Below, piece after piece: positions 34,997-46,300 of a stretch of DNA of 64,000 nucleotides (its first letter is position 1; each line of letters opens with the position of its first letter). Both the position numbers and the translations under genes were made by a program. The notes below the pieces were generated by a model. That model saw nothing but the letters and a program-made list of their open reading frames with translations, was not told the origin of the DNA and made no database searches. Source of the DNA: Azolla caroliniana. Its lineage: Eukaryota; Plantae; Polypodiophyta. The stretch covers positions 2,666,001 to 2,730,000 of the forward strand of contig JBHGNT010000003.1 in NCBI GenBank assembly GCA_043228905.1. Direction: 5' to 3'.

Positions 34997-36335
34997 TGTA
35001 AAGAATCGGATATGACTCTTGTGTAGCGGCAGAGATGTGTGTTATGTGTATGTGTGAGAGGAATTAGAGAAGAGAATAGAAACACAAGATAGATAAGCTA
35101 GAGAAATGAAATACTCAAGAAGAAGATGTATATTCACAAGTAGAATGAGAAATACAAAATGTAGCATTACAAGGAGTCACAACCGACTTAGTATGAAGTA
35201 TGAGGAGGATGCTTTATATAGAGTCACCCTCTCTCTTCATTAACTTTACAACAACTACTCTCTCTCTCTTGGGGAATGTGAAGACTCATAGTGATGGGGA
35301 ATATGTAACTCATTAGTTATGTGTCATAGGATATGATTCTATGACACATAGTTAATGTGTAGAGAGTAGTGGTGTGACTCTTGACCTTTGAGGATCTATG
35401 TTTACTCAAAAGGTGTGTTCACACATTGTGCTATGTTGAGCTTGATTCTCAACACGCCCCCTCAAGCTCAACTCGGGTTGGTTCCTTTTGATTGATGTCC
35501 GCTTCGGCTCGTACCCGGTTCGGACGGTATCTGGTTCTCGCTTGTACTCCCCCTCAAGGTTGGCAAGTCAGGGGTCGTCAATCCAAGGTCTGACATGAAT
35601 TGCCGAAGCTTGTCGACTTCTAAGGCTTTGGTGAAGATGTCGGCCGTATTGATGTGTTGAAGGTCGACATCTCTGGCCTATACGCGCTCTCGAATGAAGT
35701 GATAGTGCACTTCGATATGCTTTGTGCATGCATGGAAGACCGGGTTCCAAGCCAAATATATACTGCTCATGTTGTCACAGTAAAGGGGAGTCGGATCCTT
35801 GATGGGAACACCTAGATCCTTCAAAATCCTCTTGAGCCATATGGCTTCACATGCAGCTACGGTTGCGCCCTTGTATTCCACCTCCGTACTCGAAAGAGCG
35901 ACGGTAAGCTGCTTCTTGCTACTCCACGAAATCGCTCCGCTGCCGAGGGAGAAGACAAATCCGAAGGTCGATCGTCGATCGGCTTTGTAGCCTGCCCAGT
36001 CCATGTCTGTGTACCCTTTGAGTTGTATTTGTGTGGCCGATGCGTAAAGAACGCCGTAATCCATTGTGTCGCTCACGTATTGTAATACTCGCTTAGCGCA
36101 ATCAAAATGGATATCTCGTGGAGTTTACATGAATTGGCTAGTTTGACTCGATAGCTAAGGTCAGGTCGAGTGATCGTGAGATAGATGAGGCTCCCAATTA
36201 GTTGACGATATTGGGTCGGCTCACACTCTTCTGTGCCGGAGTCGGCATCCAATTTAAGGTTTTGATCGAGAAGGGTTGCCACAAATTTACACTAAGTCAT
36301 CCCGAACTTGTATAACAAGTTGAGGATGTAGTGCC
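34997..36335 (-). mobile_element. Element G 3' part: Ty1/copia RT end, RNase H, PPT and 3' LTR (34997-35454)
   Basis: TRPDLSY, GYTD.DWAG, STEVEY, CDN.S, TKHIEVHYHFIRE; minus-strand PPT TTGAGGGGGCG next to LTR TGT...AACA. Confidence 0.88.
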
Positions 36336-36626
36336 AGTTGTCCCACAGGCGTGCCAAGTGTTGTCCGCCAGAATAGTAACCGACGGACAAGAGTGTAGGA
36401 ATAAGAAATAATATAAGATCATAACACATGTAACGGTTCAAGCAGGAAGCGTGAACGGCCAAAAAGACCTTGTGTATATAAAGGGCAGAAAACCTCTGAT
36501 AGAGGGAGTGTGTAATTTTGGAATGTAAAGAAGCATATCGTAATAGAATTCTATCTTCTCTGAAAATCTGTGTATAACTACGGCTAGTCTATTGTGTGTC
36601 TGGAATACCTAAGGGTGTAAGAACGT

Positions 36627-39600
36627 TGTCGCGTTATTACGCGCGTGCGTGGAGAAACGAGGCGGGACCACCGGGGTCTTGAACCGAAGAGCAGGTGATA
36701 GGAGGGGAAAGAGAAAGAGAAAGACGACCGGTAACGTACGAGCAAAGAAACACAGGGACACGGCCCGTCAACACAGAAAACACGAATGGACACAGAGACG
36801 GAGAGACACGAATGTTTGTATATTAACAAATGACACAAACAACAGAGCACACGAACGGTTACAACCAACTAGGCCGGCGAACAGATGCCGATGCCTGTTC
36901 GTCTGCGCACGAAAGGGGATAGGATGGAGGTGCTGCCAGAAGCACACGGGCGTTCCTTGAAGCAACGCGAGCCTCCCGAAATCCTGCAGAGAAGAGCGAT
37001 GGAGAATGAACAGAGGAGAAGCGTTCAGTTACGGTTCGACAGCACTTCGTCCTCCTCAATGCGCGATCCCCTTCTCCCCTGCGTCTCCCTCTTCTTTATA
37101 GCGGCCAGAAGGGAGCCGTCTCCCTCATTTACTTCCTACCTACCGAATCTAACTACCCAGGATATACCTATGTACCTAATCCCCTATTATATACATTAAG
37201 GGCGCGCACGCGCGAAGAGCCGATTCACGCGCGCTATGCACCGATTGCACTAAGGGATGGTTTTCTTCACGACATCCACCCCCACCTAACCGCGCATCCA
37301 CCAGTATGCGCCAAAACTGGGTTCTGGTTGGAGAAAACCGGTTCGGGTTCCGGTTCTTTGTCCATCGGTTCGTCCTCCGCTTCGGACTGTTCGTCGTTGC
37401 TGTCCAGGCCTCTTAGATCCGGTTCGCCGTCGTGGCGCTTCTTGAACGCTTTGATCCGCTTCCCTGCTACCGGTATTGCCATCCTCGTACTGTCGAGTTC
37501 CGCTAGATGATACGTCCCGTTGTCGTTGGCGCTCGTTACCACGTAAGGCCCGAACCACCGCTTCGCAAACTTCCGTGTTGCTCGGTGCTGGTTGTCGAGG
37601 CTGCTGTCGTAGACTAGCACCTAGTCGCATTCCTCGATTTTCTTTGGTCGGAGCCAGTGCTTCGGTCGAACCGGGCTTTGTTCTTCATCCTCGCCGTCCG
37701 AAGTCTCTCCGCCGCTCGTTCCACGTCCTCTGGCCTCCGCTCAAGCTGCAGTATACGCGCCGCTAGCAGTTCTTCCCGACCCATCTCGTCTCTCTAGTCT
37801 ACTGTCACCCAAGAGGAGATCGTCCGTTCCATCGGCATGATCGGCTTCTGTCCGAACATGAGCTCTGACGGCATGAACCCGGTTACCGAACTGTGCGTTG
37901 TCCGGTCCGCCCACAAGGCATAGGGTAACAATCGTGGCCAGTTCCCGACCTGGCCTTCGCACACCCGGACTAGCGCTTTGACGATCGGCTTCCACCTTAG
38001 CCGGCGACGGTTTCCGGCCATACGGTCCGCATAGATGTCCGACGACCATGATCTCTGATTGCCCGAAGGCCGATTTCTCCCCGGAGAAGGTGAGCCTCGC
38101 GTCCTCTAGCCTCTGCAGCACCCTCTCGCAGTCGTCAATGTGTGTTGCCACGAATTTCTGGCATCCGTCCGGTCAGATCGTTTCGTCCTTTTTCTCCACC
38201 GGACATCCCTTGATCGGGATGTCGTCCAAGAATGGCATGGTGATGTCCGGGATACAATCCCTCAGCACCTTGTTCATCGCATTCACCATGTGGGCCACCG
38301 AGTTCGTCCCTCCTTGTGGTAGGGTACACATCCGCACTAGGCGGAGAGGAGTCCGCATCGTCGTAATGTCTCTGCTCTCTACGGCTAGTTGGAACTGATC
38401 GTACCTTGAGTACAGATCACCGACCAAGTAGATCGACCTTCCGGCGAAGGCCTCCGCGAACTCGTCTATCGTTGGTCCGATTCCTGTGTTCCGAATGGTC
38501 ACCTTGTTGACTGGTTGCAGGTCTTGAATGAAGCGCAACGTCCCGTTCTTCTTCGGTACGGTAAACCACCAGTTCGAGTACGGGGCACTCGACGGTTCGA
38601 GGATGCCCATATCGACTTTCTGCCTCAACAGCTCCATCAGCTCCGGGATGTGAGCTCTTGGTACCGGAATTGGTTTGAGATTCCACGGCACATGCGGTAC
38701 CGTGAATATCACCATCGGCTTTATGACTGTCGGGTCTACGCACCCGATTTCTTCTGGTGAGAATGCGAAGGCTTTCCAATGCCTTCCAAGCATTCTCCGA
38801 AACCCGTCTTCTTCCGCCGGTAGTAGGAACCCGCCCCCACCGATTTTGAGCTCCCGTAGCGTTCTGTCAGTGAAGGTGTGTCCTATGCAGGCCGGATCAC
38901 GTAAACTGGGGTCTGACGTGACCCCCTTTATTCGCAACTCCCTGCCCTCTGGTAAGGGTGTCGCGACTGGCCTTACCTTCCGGTACACAGTCTTGTATTT
39001 CGTGTTAACCCGGGCCGTCCGATCCGACTCGAGCCCTCGACTGAAGTCCGCGATGACTTCATACATCTCTTCTGAACAAACCGGTATCGTCCGGTCCTCT
39101 TTAAGGCCCTCTCCGAGCACCTCTCGCAGTATTCCCAAGGTATCGTCGAAGGAGACCACCTCCACGGCTCCGTTGATTTCCTCGTTGGGCCCAAGAGCTC
39201 CGCACGCCCGAAGTCGCTCTTCCGCCCACTCGTCTTCCAGCGCCATGTCCTCTATGTGCGCCGTCTGCACCTCCATCGGCCTTTCCGGTTCTGCCTCCGT
39301 TGACAGCCTCTTCCTCTTGACCAAGTCCACGATTGAGTCGTGGAACTCCTTCTTGGCGATTCCGAGCACCTCTCGCAACGACAGTTCCACTTTGTTGTCG
39401 AGGATTCGTTCTTCCAGGACCTTTCCTAGGTCCGTGGTCCTTTCGATCTCCGTGCCCAAACGGTATCCACCCTTCTTGTGGTTATCCCGGGCACTGGACT
39501 CACCGGCCTCGTTCCGTTTCGGCCCAAATCGGGTTTCGTATCTCTGTGAGGGTCCGGCCCCTCTGGTTTTACCTACCCGTTTGTCTTCAACCAGGGCCTC

Positions 39601-41561
39601 GTAGTTCTGGCAAGCTGCTTCTACGAAACCCGTCTTTTCTTCGACCGGGTCACTCCACCCGGTTACCCCCTGGACCCGCTTCTCCGCGCGGTCCGCCTCG
39701 TCTTTCTTTAGTCGGGCACCGACGAGGCCTTCTAGCACCGTCGGCCAGAACCCGGCTTTGCTCTCCTTCCGGGCCTCGCTGCCTCTGACCCGAATACTGG
39801 CTGACGCTGAGTAGTGGACGGTCTCCGTGTGCCGGGCCGCCGCCTCTTCCATCAGCCTTTTCATTCCTCCTCGCCCGTCGTTTCGGTTCAGCGCCCTCCA
39901 GGTATCGCTGGCGTGCACCCGACCTTCCCACAGGTACACTACCCGACTTCTCAAAGCCTCCGCAAAGTCCACGCAGTCTTTCCGGATGTGGCCAACCTCC
40001 TCGCTCCACATGCACCTATTTCCTGCCGGAGGCCGTCTGTCACGAGCCTGTTCGCCAGCTTCCCTCCGAGCCTGGGCGATCTGGAGATCCTTTACCGCCC
40101 GTGTCAACTCCTCCAAAGTTGTTCCCCCGGACGAGGCTCTGACCACGCCGGTCGAAGCCGAACCGGTTTCGGGCCACTCCCGGGTCTCTTCCCTTCCCGC
40201 CTACAGTATCGGTTCGAGCTTCCTTGGTGCGACAGGACCCGCCCTGGTCGCCCCTGTATCAGCCCACTCCCACCGTTTGTCGAAACGGCCGCATACTCTT
40301 TTTACCGCGGCCCAGTCGGCCATCAACCCGTCTTCGGTTTCCAGTAAGGAGCCCACTTGCTTCCGATCCCGTGCGTCAACCGATTTGACAAACAGTAGGA
40401 CACGACTTGTGTCCAGAACGGTCCGATCGAGCGCCGAAAGCCGCGCAAAGCGATCCTCAAACTCCCGAAGGAGTGCTGACGCATTTCTTCCTTTGTCGGG
40501 GGACTCCACCCACTCCATGAAGCCCCGCTTCGAAAGTCGAAGCGCGTCATCCAACCCGTATTTCTCCAAGAGCCGTCCTTTGAACTCCTCCTAGGTCCGG
40601 CTCTCCGCCCGGACCTCGAGCACCTCCGCATGGATGCCCGGCATCGCCACTCGAGGGAATCCGGCAAGACGCCTCTCTTCCGGAATGTCCCTCATCAACA
40701 TCTCCACCCGGTAGGACGCCAAATAACTCGTGGCATCCTTTCCACTGAACCGGCCAATCATACTGATGATCGCCTCAATAGCCCTGTCAAGGGTGCCGGT
40801 GCCCTCGCACGCGCTCACTATTCGGTCCACGGCCGAAGCCATGGCCTCTGCAATATCCGACCCCCTCATCTTCTGCTCCTCTGCCGCCTTGTTCACATCG
40901 GCTTCACCAAATATGTCGCGTTGTTACGCGCGTGCGTGGAGAAACGAGGCGGGACCACCGGGGTCTTGAACTGAAGAGTAGGTGATAGGAGGGGAAAGAG
41001 AAAGAGAAAGACGACCGGTAACGTACGAGCAAAGAAACACAGGGACATGGCCCGTCAACGCAGAAAACACGAACGGACACAGAGACGGAGAGACACGAAT
41101 GTTTGTATATTAACAAATGACACAAACAACAAAGCACACAAGCGGTTACAACCGACCAGGCTGGCGAACAGATGCCGATGCCTGTTCGTCTGCGCACGAA
41201 AGAGGATAGGATGGAGGTGCTGCCGGAAGCATACGAGCGTTCCTCGAAACAGCGTGAGCCTCCCGAAATTCTGCAGAGAAGAGCGATGGAGAATGAACAG
41301 AGGAGAAGCGTTCGGTTACGGTTCGACAGCACTTCGTCCTCTTCAATGCGCGATCCCCTTCTCCCCTGCGTCTCCCTCTTCTTTATAGCGTCCAGAAGGG
41401 AGCCGTCTCCCTCATTTACTTCCTACCTACCGAATTTAACTACCCAGGATATACCTATGTACCTAATCCCCTATTATATACATTAAGGGCGTGCACGCGC
41501 GAAGAGCCGGTTCACGCACGCTATGCACCGATTGCGCTAAGGGACGGTTTTCTTCATGACA
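36627..41561 (-). mobile_element. Element I: internally deleted member of the A/L gypsy family, inserted in the H LTR
   Basis: 648-bp LTRs at 36627-37274 and 40914-41561; PPT next to 37275; PBS TGGTGAAGCCGATGTGAA at 40892-40909; flanking ACGT/ACAT. Protease and RH/INT core are deleted. Confidence 0.93.
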
Positions 41562-41673
41562 ACATGAGTGTGTAACCACTGATAAGGAGTTGGTGGTAGC
41601 CGTCTCCCTTATACGCTGCTAGGTTATGGGGAACATTCCCCTATGTATTACGCATAGACGCCACCATTCGTTC

Positions 41674-42242
41674 CGCTCGAAGGTGATCAATTTCTGATTC
41701 CGCTAGTTGCATGGCCCTTTTCTCTTTTGAGGCGATGGCGGTTTGAGCCTCAATTTCTTTCTTCAAAGTGTCGATGGTGTGGTTTGGTGGCGGAGTTGCC
41801 TGTTGCGCCGTAGTCGCGTTAGATTCCAACTCCGCGATGCGTTCGTTGGCTTTTTGTAGCTCGGCTTGGGTCATCTTCACCTTCTTCCAAACATTCTTAT
41901 TTTTAATGGCCATCTCCTTGGCGCCCGTGCTGACCTTTGCTAGTTCCCTATGGACTTCGACTAGGGCCGTATTTAATGGGGGTAGCTCCATCCCCACTTG
42001 GCCTACACCGACGTTCCTCTGTCTGCCGACCTTGGCTAGCTGGTCCTCATCATTGCTCTCCATCGTTTGTGTTAGGGCGCGCTCGATCATCTGGCGCTCC
42101 GCGTGCTCCTTGGCTATTCGTTGTGAGGCCTTTATCTATTGTGTTGCCAAGAATTCCATGAGCTCAAAAGAGGTTCCGAACTGTAAGAGCGCGCTGAACT
42201 CATGGGTCTTGTCCGAGATATCTGGATATGCCAAAACCTTGC
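41674..42242 (-). mobile_element. Inverted fragment of the H-family accessory ORF
   Basis: Reverse complement matches about 57675-57948 joined directly to 61176-61390 (PPLNTALVEVHRELAKVSTG). Confidence 0.88.
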
Positions 42243-43375
42243 GAATGGATGTTTAGCCGCAAACGCCCCAGAGAACCAACACGACAAGACCGACCAATCA
42301 GAAGGTCCGTCACACCCCAGGCAGAGGAACGCACACGGCAAAATCCTCGCCTCAGCGACCTCAGTACTACCTGTCGTGATTACAAAGGTGACGATACGTG
42401 GGGAGCACGCTCACCACAACAACACTGTGGTCTTTCCCGAACCGCCGTAGCGCCCAACATGGCCTTTGCCTATCCCTGCTTTAACGGCGAAACCAACGCC
42501 GCAACCCATATTCGCATGTCAGGAACTACGCGCTCCAATGAACCACGCTTGGCCACAACCGAGCTTAGAATCAAAACACAGAAAACGGGGAATGAATGCA
42601 CGACAAAAAATTGGAGAGAGGGGTACACAGGATGTTAACGTGGAAAACCCAAACTAGGGAAAAACCACGGCAGCCCACAAACTACAAGCTATCACTATAT
42701 CAGAATGTACAATAGTAAAGCCCCGAGGCAACGACCTCGAGCTTGCTATCTTCGCCACAGGCGGCGGTTACAACAGAGGCAATGACCTCTTCCTCTCTCT
42801 CTCTCTCTCTCTCTCTCTGTACACTGTTGCGCTCTCTAATCTTGCGCCAACAAGAATGACAACAACAAATCACATTATCTGTTTGCCCTAAGTCATATTT
42901 ATACTAATATAACTTTTCGGCTATTTATAAATATAGCCACGATGGACTCTCAGAAACATATTTACGAATATGTCCCTTCCTCCGGTGAGCACTCCGTCAT
43001 CTGGTTCTCACCGGGTCTTCACCATCCGGCTCTTGCCGGGTACTACTCATCTGGTTCTTACCGAGTCTTCCGTAGTTGGGTACTCTTCATCTGGTTCTGA
43101 TCGGGTCTTCACCATCCAGCTCTTGCCGGGTACTCGTCATCCGGTTCTCACCGGGTCTTCCGTTGCCAGGTACTCCTATCCCATCTAGAGGGACCAAAAT
43201 CCTAAGAAACTCTCGCTTCACTCTGGCATGGGATGTCTTACCAGTCCGGTTCGCTTCCGGCACGCGTCCAGCTTGTCCGGTGTCAACACCTTAGTCAACA
43301 TATCCGACCTGTTCTCGTCCGTGTGGATCTTTGTCAGCACGAACTCTTGGTCATCTACTCTTTCCCGGATCTAGT

Positions 43376-46300
43376 GACTCCGGAGCGTCGTTCCACCTTA
43401 CCCCGGACCAGAGATGCTTCTCATCCTATTCAGCCGGTGATCACGACTGTGTCCGGATGGGGAATGAAGGTACATGCCGAATTGTTGGCATAGGAGACGT
43501 GTGGTTGACAACACCAACCGGATGCAAGCTGCTGCTGAAGGATGTCCGACACGTTCCGGAGGTTCGTCTGAACCGGATATCAGCCGGTCAGCTAGATGAT
43601 GAAGGCTACACGGGTACCATCCGGAACGGTGTTATGAAGTTCAGCAAAGGAAGCCTGATTGTGCCTCGGGCCCGGAAGGTAAACACGTTGTACCTAACGA
43701 AGATCCGGTTATGTCCGGACGAAGTGAACGTGGCATTCGACACTGCCAGTGAGTTGTGGCACAAGAGGCTGTGTCACATGAACGTGAAAGGGATGAAGAG
43801 GCTTGCAGACGACAACCTCATTCCAGTGAAGAACGTGCACTTGGAGAAGTGCACTGATTGTTTGGCCGGTAAGCAAAACCAAACCTCCTTCCGACCAAGG
43901 CCACCGATGAGACGTAATGCACCACTAGAGTTGGTGCATATTGAGGTGTGTCAAGTGGACACGAAGTCACATGCAGGATCGCAGTACTTCGTGACGTTCA
44001 TAGATGACCACAACCGGAAGCTGTGGGCCACACAGTTGAAGACGAAGGCTCAGGTGCTATCCGTCTTCAGAGAGCTCCACGCGAGAGTGGAAAGAGAAAC
44101 CGGCCGAAAGCTGAAGGCGGTTCGAGCAGATAACGGAGGAGAATACCGGGGGCAGTTCGAGGAGTACTGCCGCTTGAAGGGAATCCGGCTCGAATTTAAT
44201 GTGCCGAAGACGCCAGAACTAAACGGGCTGGCCGAGAGGATGAATCAGACCATAATGGAGAGGGTTCGGAGTATGCTGGTGCATGCAAAACTACCCAAGA
44301 AGTTTTGGGCTGAGGCACTGTCGACGGCGACATATGTGATAAACAGATCACTCTCAGTACCCTTGGATGGAGACATGCCACAGAGAGTCATGACCGGTAA
44401 GGAAGTGTCCTACCGGCATCTGAAGGTATTCGGGTGTCTTGCGTATGTGCATGTAGCTAAGGACCGGAGAGGAAAACTAGATCCGAAGACCCGACCATGC
44501 ATATTCCTCGGTTACGGTGACGATGATTTCGGCTACCGAGTGTGGGACCTGGTCGACAAGAAGGTATTCCGGAGTCGAGATATTATCTTCATGGAGGACA
44601 AGAGCTCGTCGATTGGGAGTCGAAGAAGAAGATAATGAACTCCAAGTCGACCGGTAAGGATCGATTCTACGATGAGCAGACCCAACCGGCAAGAGACCGG
44701 TTAGTACTCGAGGAACCAGCCGGTTACCGGAACCGGCCAAGACCCCGAATCGGATTCGGATGAAGAGCAAATGGAGGAGCCAGTTACTGAAGCCCAAAGA
44801 CGGAGATATCCTCTCAGAGAGAGAAGGGCCCCCCGGAGATTTCCGGATTTAGAGCATGTGCTGCTAACCGATGAGGGGGAGCCAGAAAGCTTCAAAGAAG
44901 CAAAGGATGACACCCATAGCCGCAAATGGTTAAGTGCCATGCAGGATGAGATGGATTCCCTGCACGAGAACCATACGTACGAATTGGTGGAGTTGCCGAA
45001 AGGAAAGCGGGCACTCTGAAACAAGTGGGTGTACAAGTTGAAACCGGGAGATGCAGGCAACCCCCCGAGATACAAAGCCAGGATCATGGTGAAGGGGTTC
45101 CAACAGAAGAAGGGCGTGGACTTCGACGAGATATTTGCCCCGGTAGTAAAGATGACCTCCATCCGGACGATGCTGAGTATAGTGGCAAGCATGGACCTCG
45201 AGGTAGAGCAGCTAGACGTGAAGACGACATTCCTTCACGGTGACCTCCAAGAGGAGATCTACATGCAGCAACCGGAAGGATTCGTGGAGAATGGGAAGGA
45301 GCACCTGGTTGGCCAGTTGAAGAAGAGCCTGTACGGATTGAAGCAGGCTCCCCGACAATGGTACCGGAAGTTCGACTCCTTCATGACCGATCAAGGGTAC
45401 CACAAGACGTAGGCCGATCACTGTGTGTTTGTGATGAAGTTCGAAGGAGGCGACTTCCTGATACTCCTTCTGTACGTGGACGACATGTTGATCGTTGGAC
45501 AGGACCAAGAGAAAATACGGATGCTGAAGAAGGCTCTCAACCGGACCTTCTCAATGAAAGACTTGGGTCCGGCAAGACAGATGTTGGGGATGCATATCAT
45601 CTGGAACCGGCATCCAATCCCGGTCGGACTCGTGTCTATCGTTACGTAAATTGGAGTGTCCTTTCCGTAGACAGCCTTTCGGAGCGCCGGAGCTGCGGCA
45701 AGTGCTTCCTTCATCTTCCGGACAGACTCCGTATGCTCGTCTCTCCACTCGAAATTTCGCCCCTTTTTTAGCAACCCGTACAACGGCTTCGCGACGTGAG
45801 CGTAATGTGGGATCCATATGTGGTAGAACGCGCACGCTCCCAAGAACCTCCGAACCTCCGAACCTCCGTGACGGAGCTACAGTCGTCCTTCATTGCGGAG
45901 ATGGGTTCTACCTTAGCCGGAGACGGTTTCCGGCCGTACGACCCGCATAGGTGTCCGACGACCATGATCTCTGATTGCCCGAAGGCCGATTTTCCCCCGG
46001 AGAAGGTGAGCCTCGCGCCCTCCAACCTCTTCAGCACCTTCTCGCAGTCATCGATGTGCGTCGCCACGAATTTCCGGCACCCGTCCGGTCCGGTCCGATC
46101 GTCTCGTCCCTTTCCTCCACCGGGCATCCCTTGATCGGGACGTCATCCAGAAACGGCATGGTGATGTCCGGCATACAATTCCTCAGCACCTTGTTCATTG
46201 CGTTCACCACGTGAGCCATCGAGTTCGTCCCTCCTTGTGGTAGGGTACACATCCGTACTAGGCCGAGAGGAGTTCGCATTGTCGTGATGTCTCTGCTCTC

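Noticed and set aside
38675-39604. Long antisense ORFs over gag/pol (also 46596..47411, 19299..20018 and many others)
   Set aside because: Shadow ORFs expected opposite GC-rich coding sequence; no motifs of their own.
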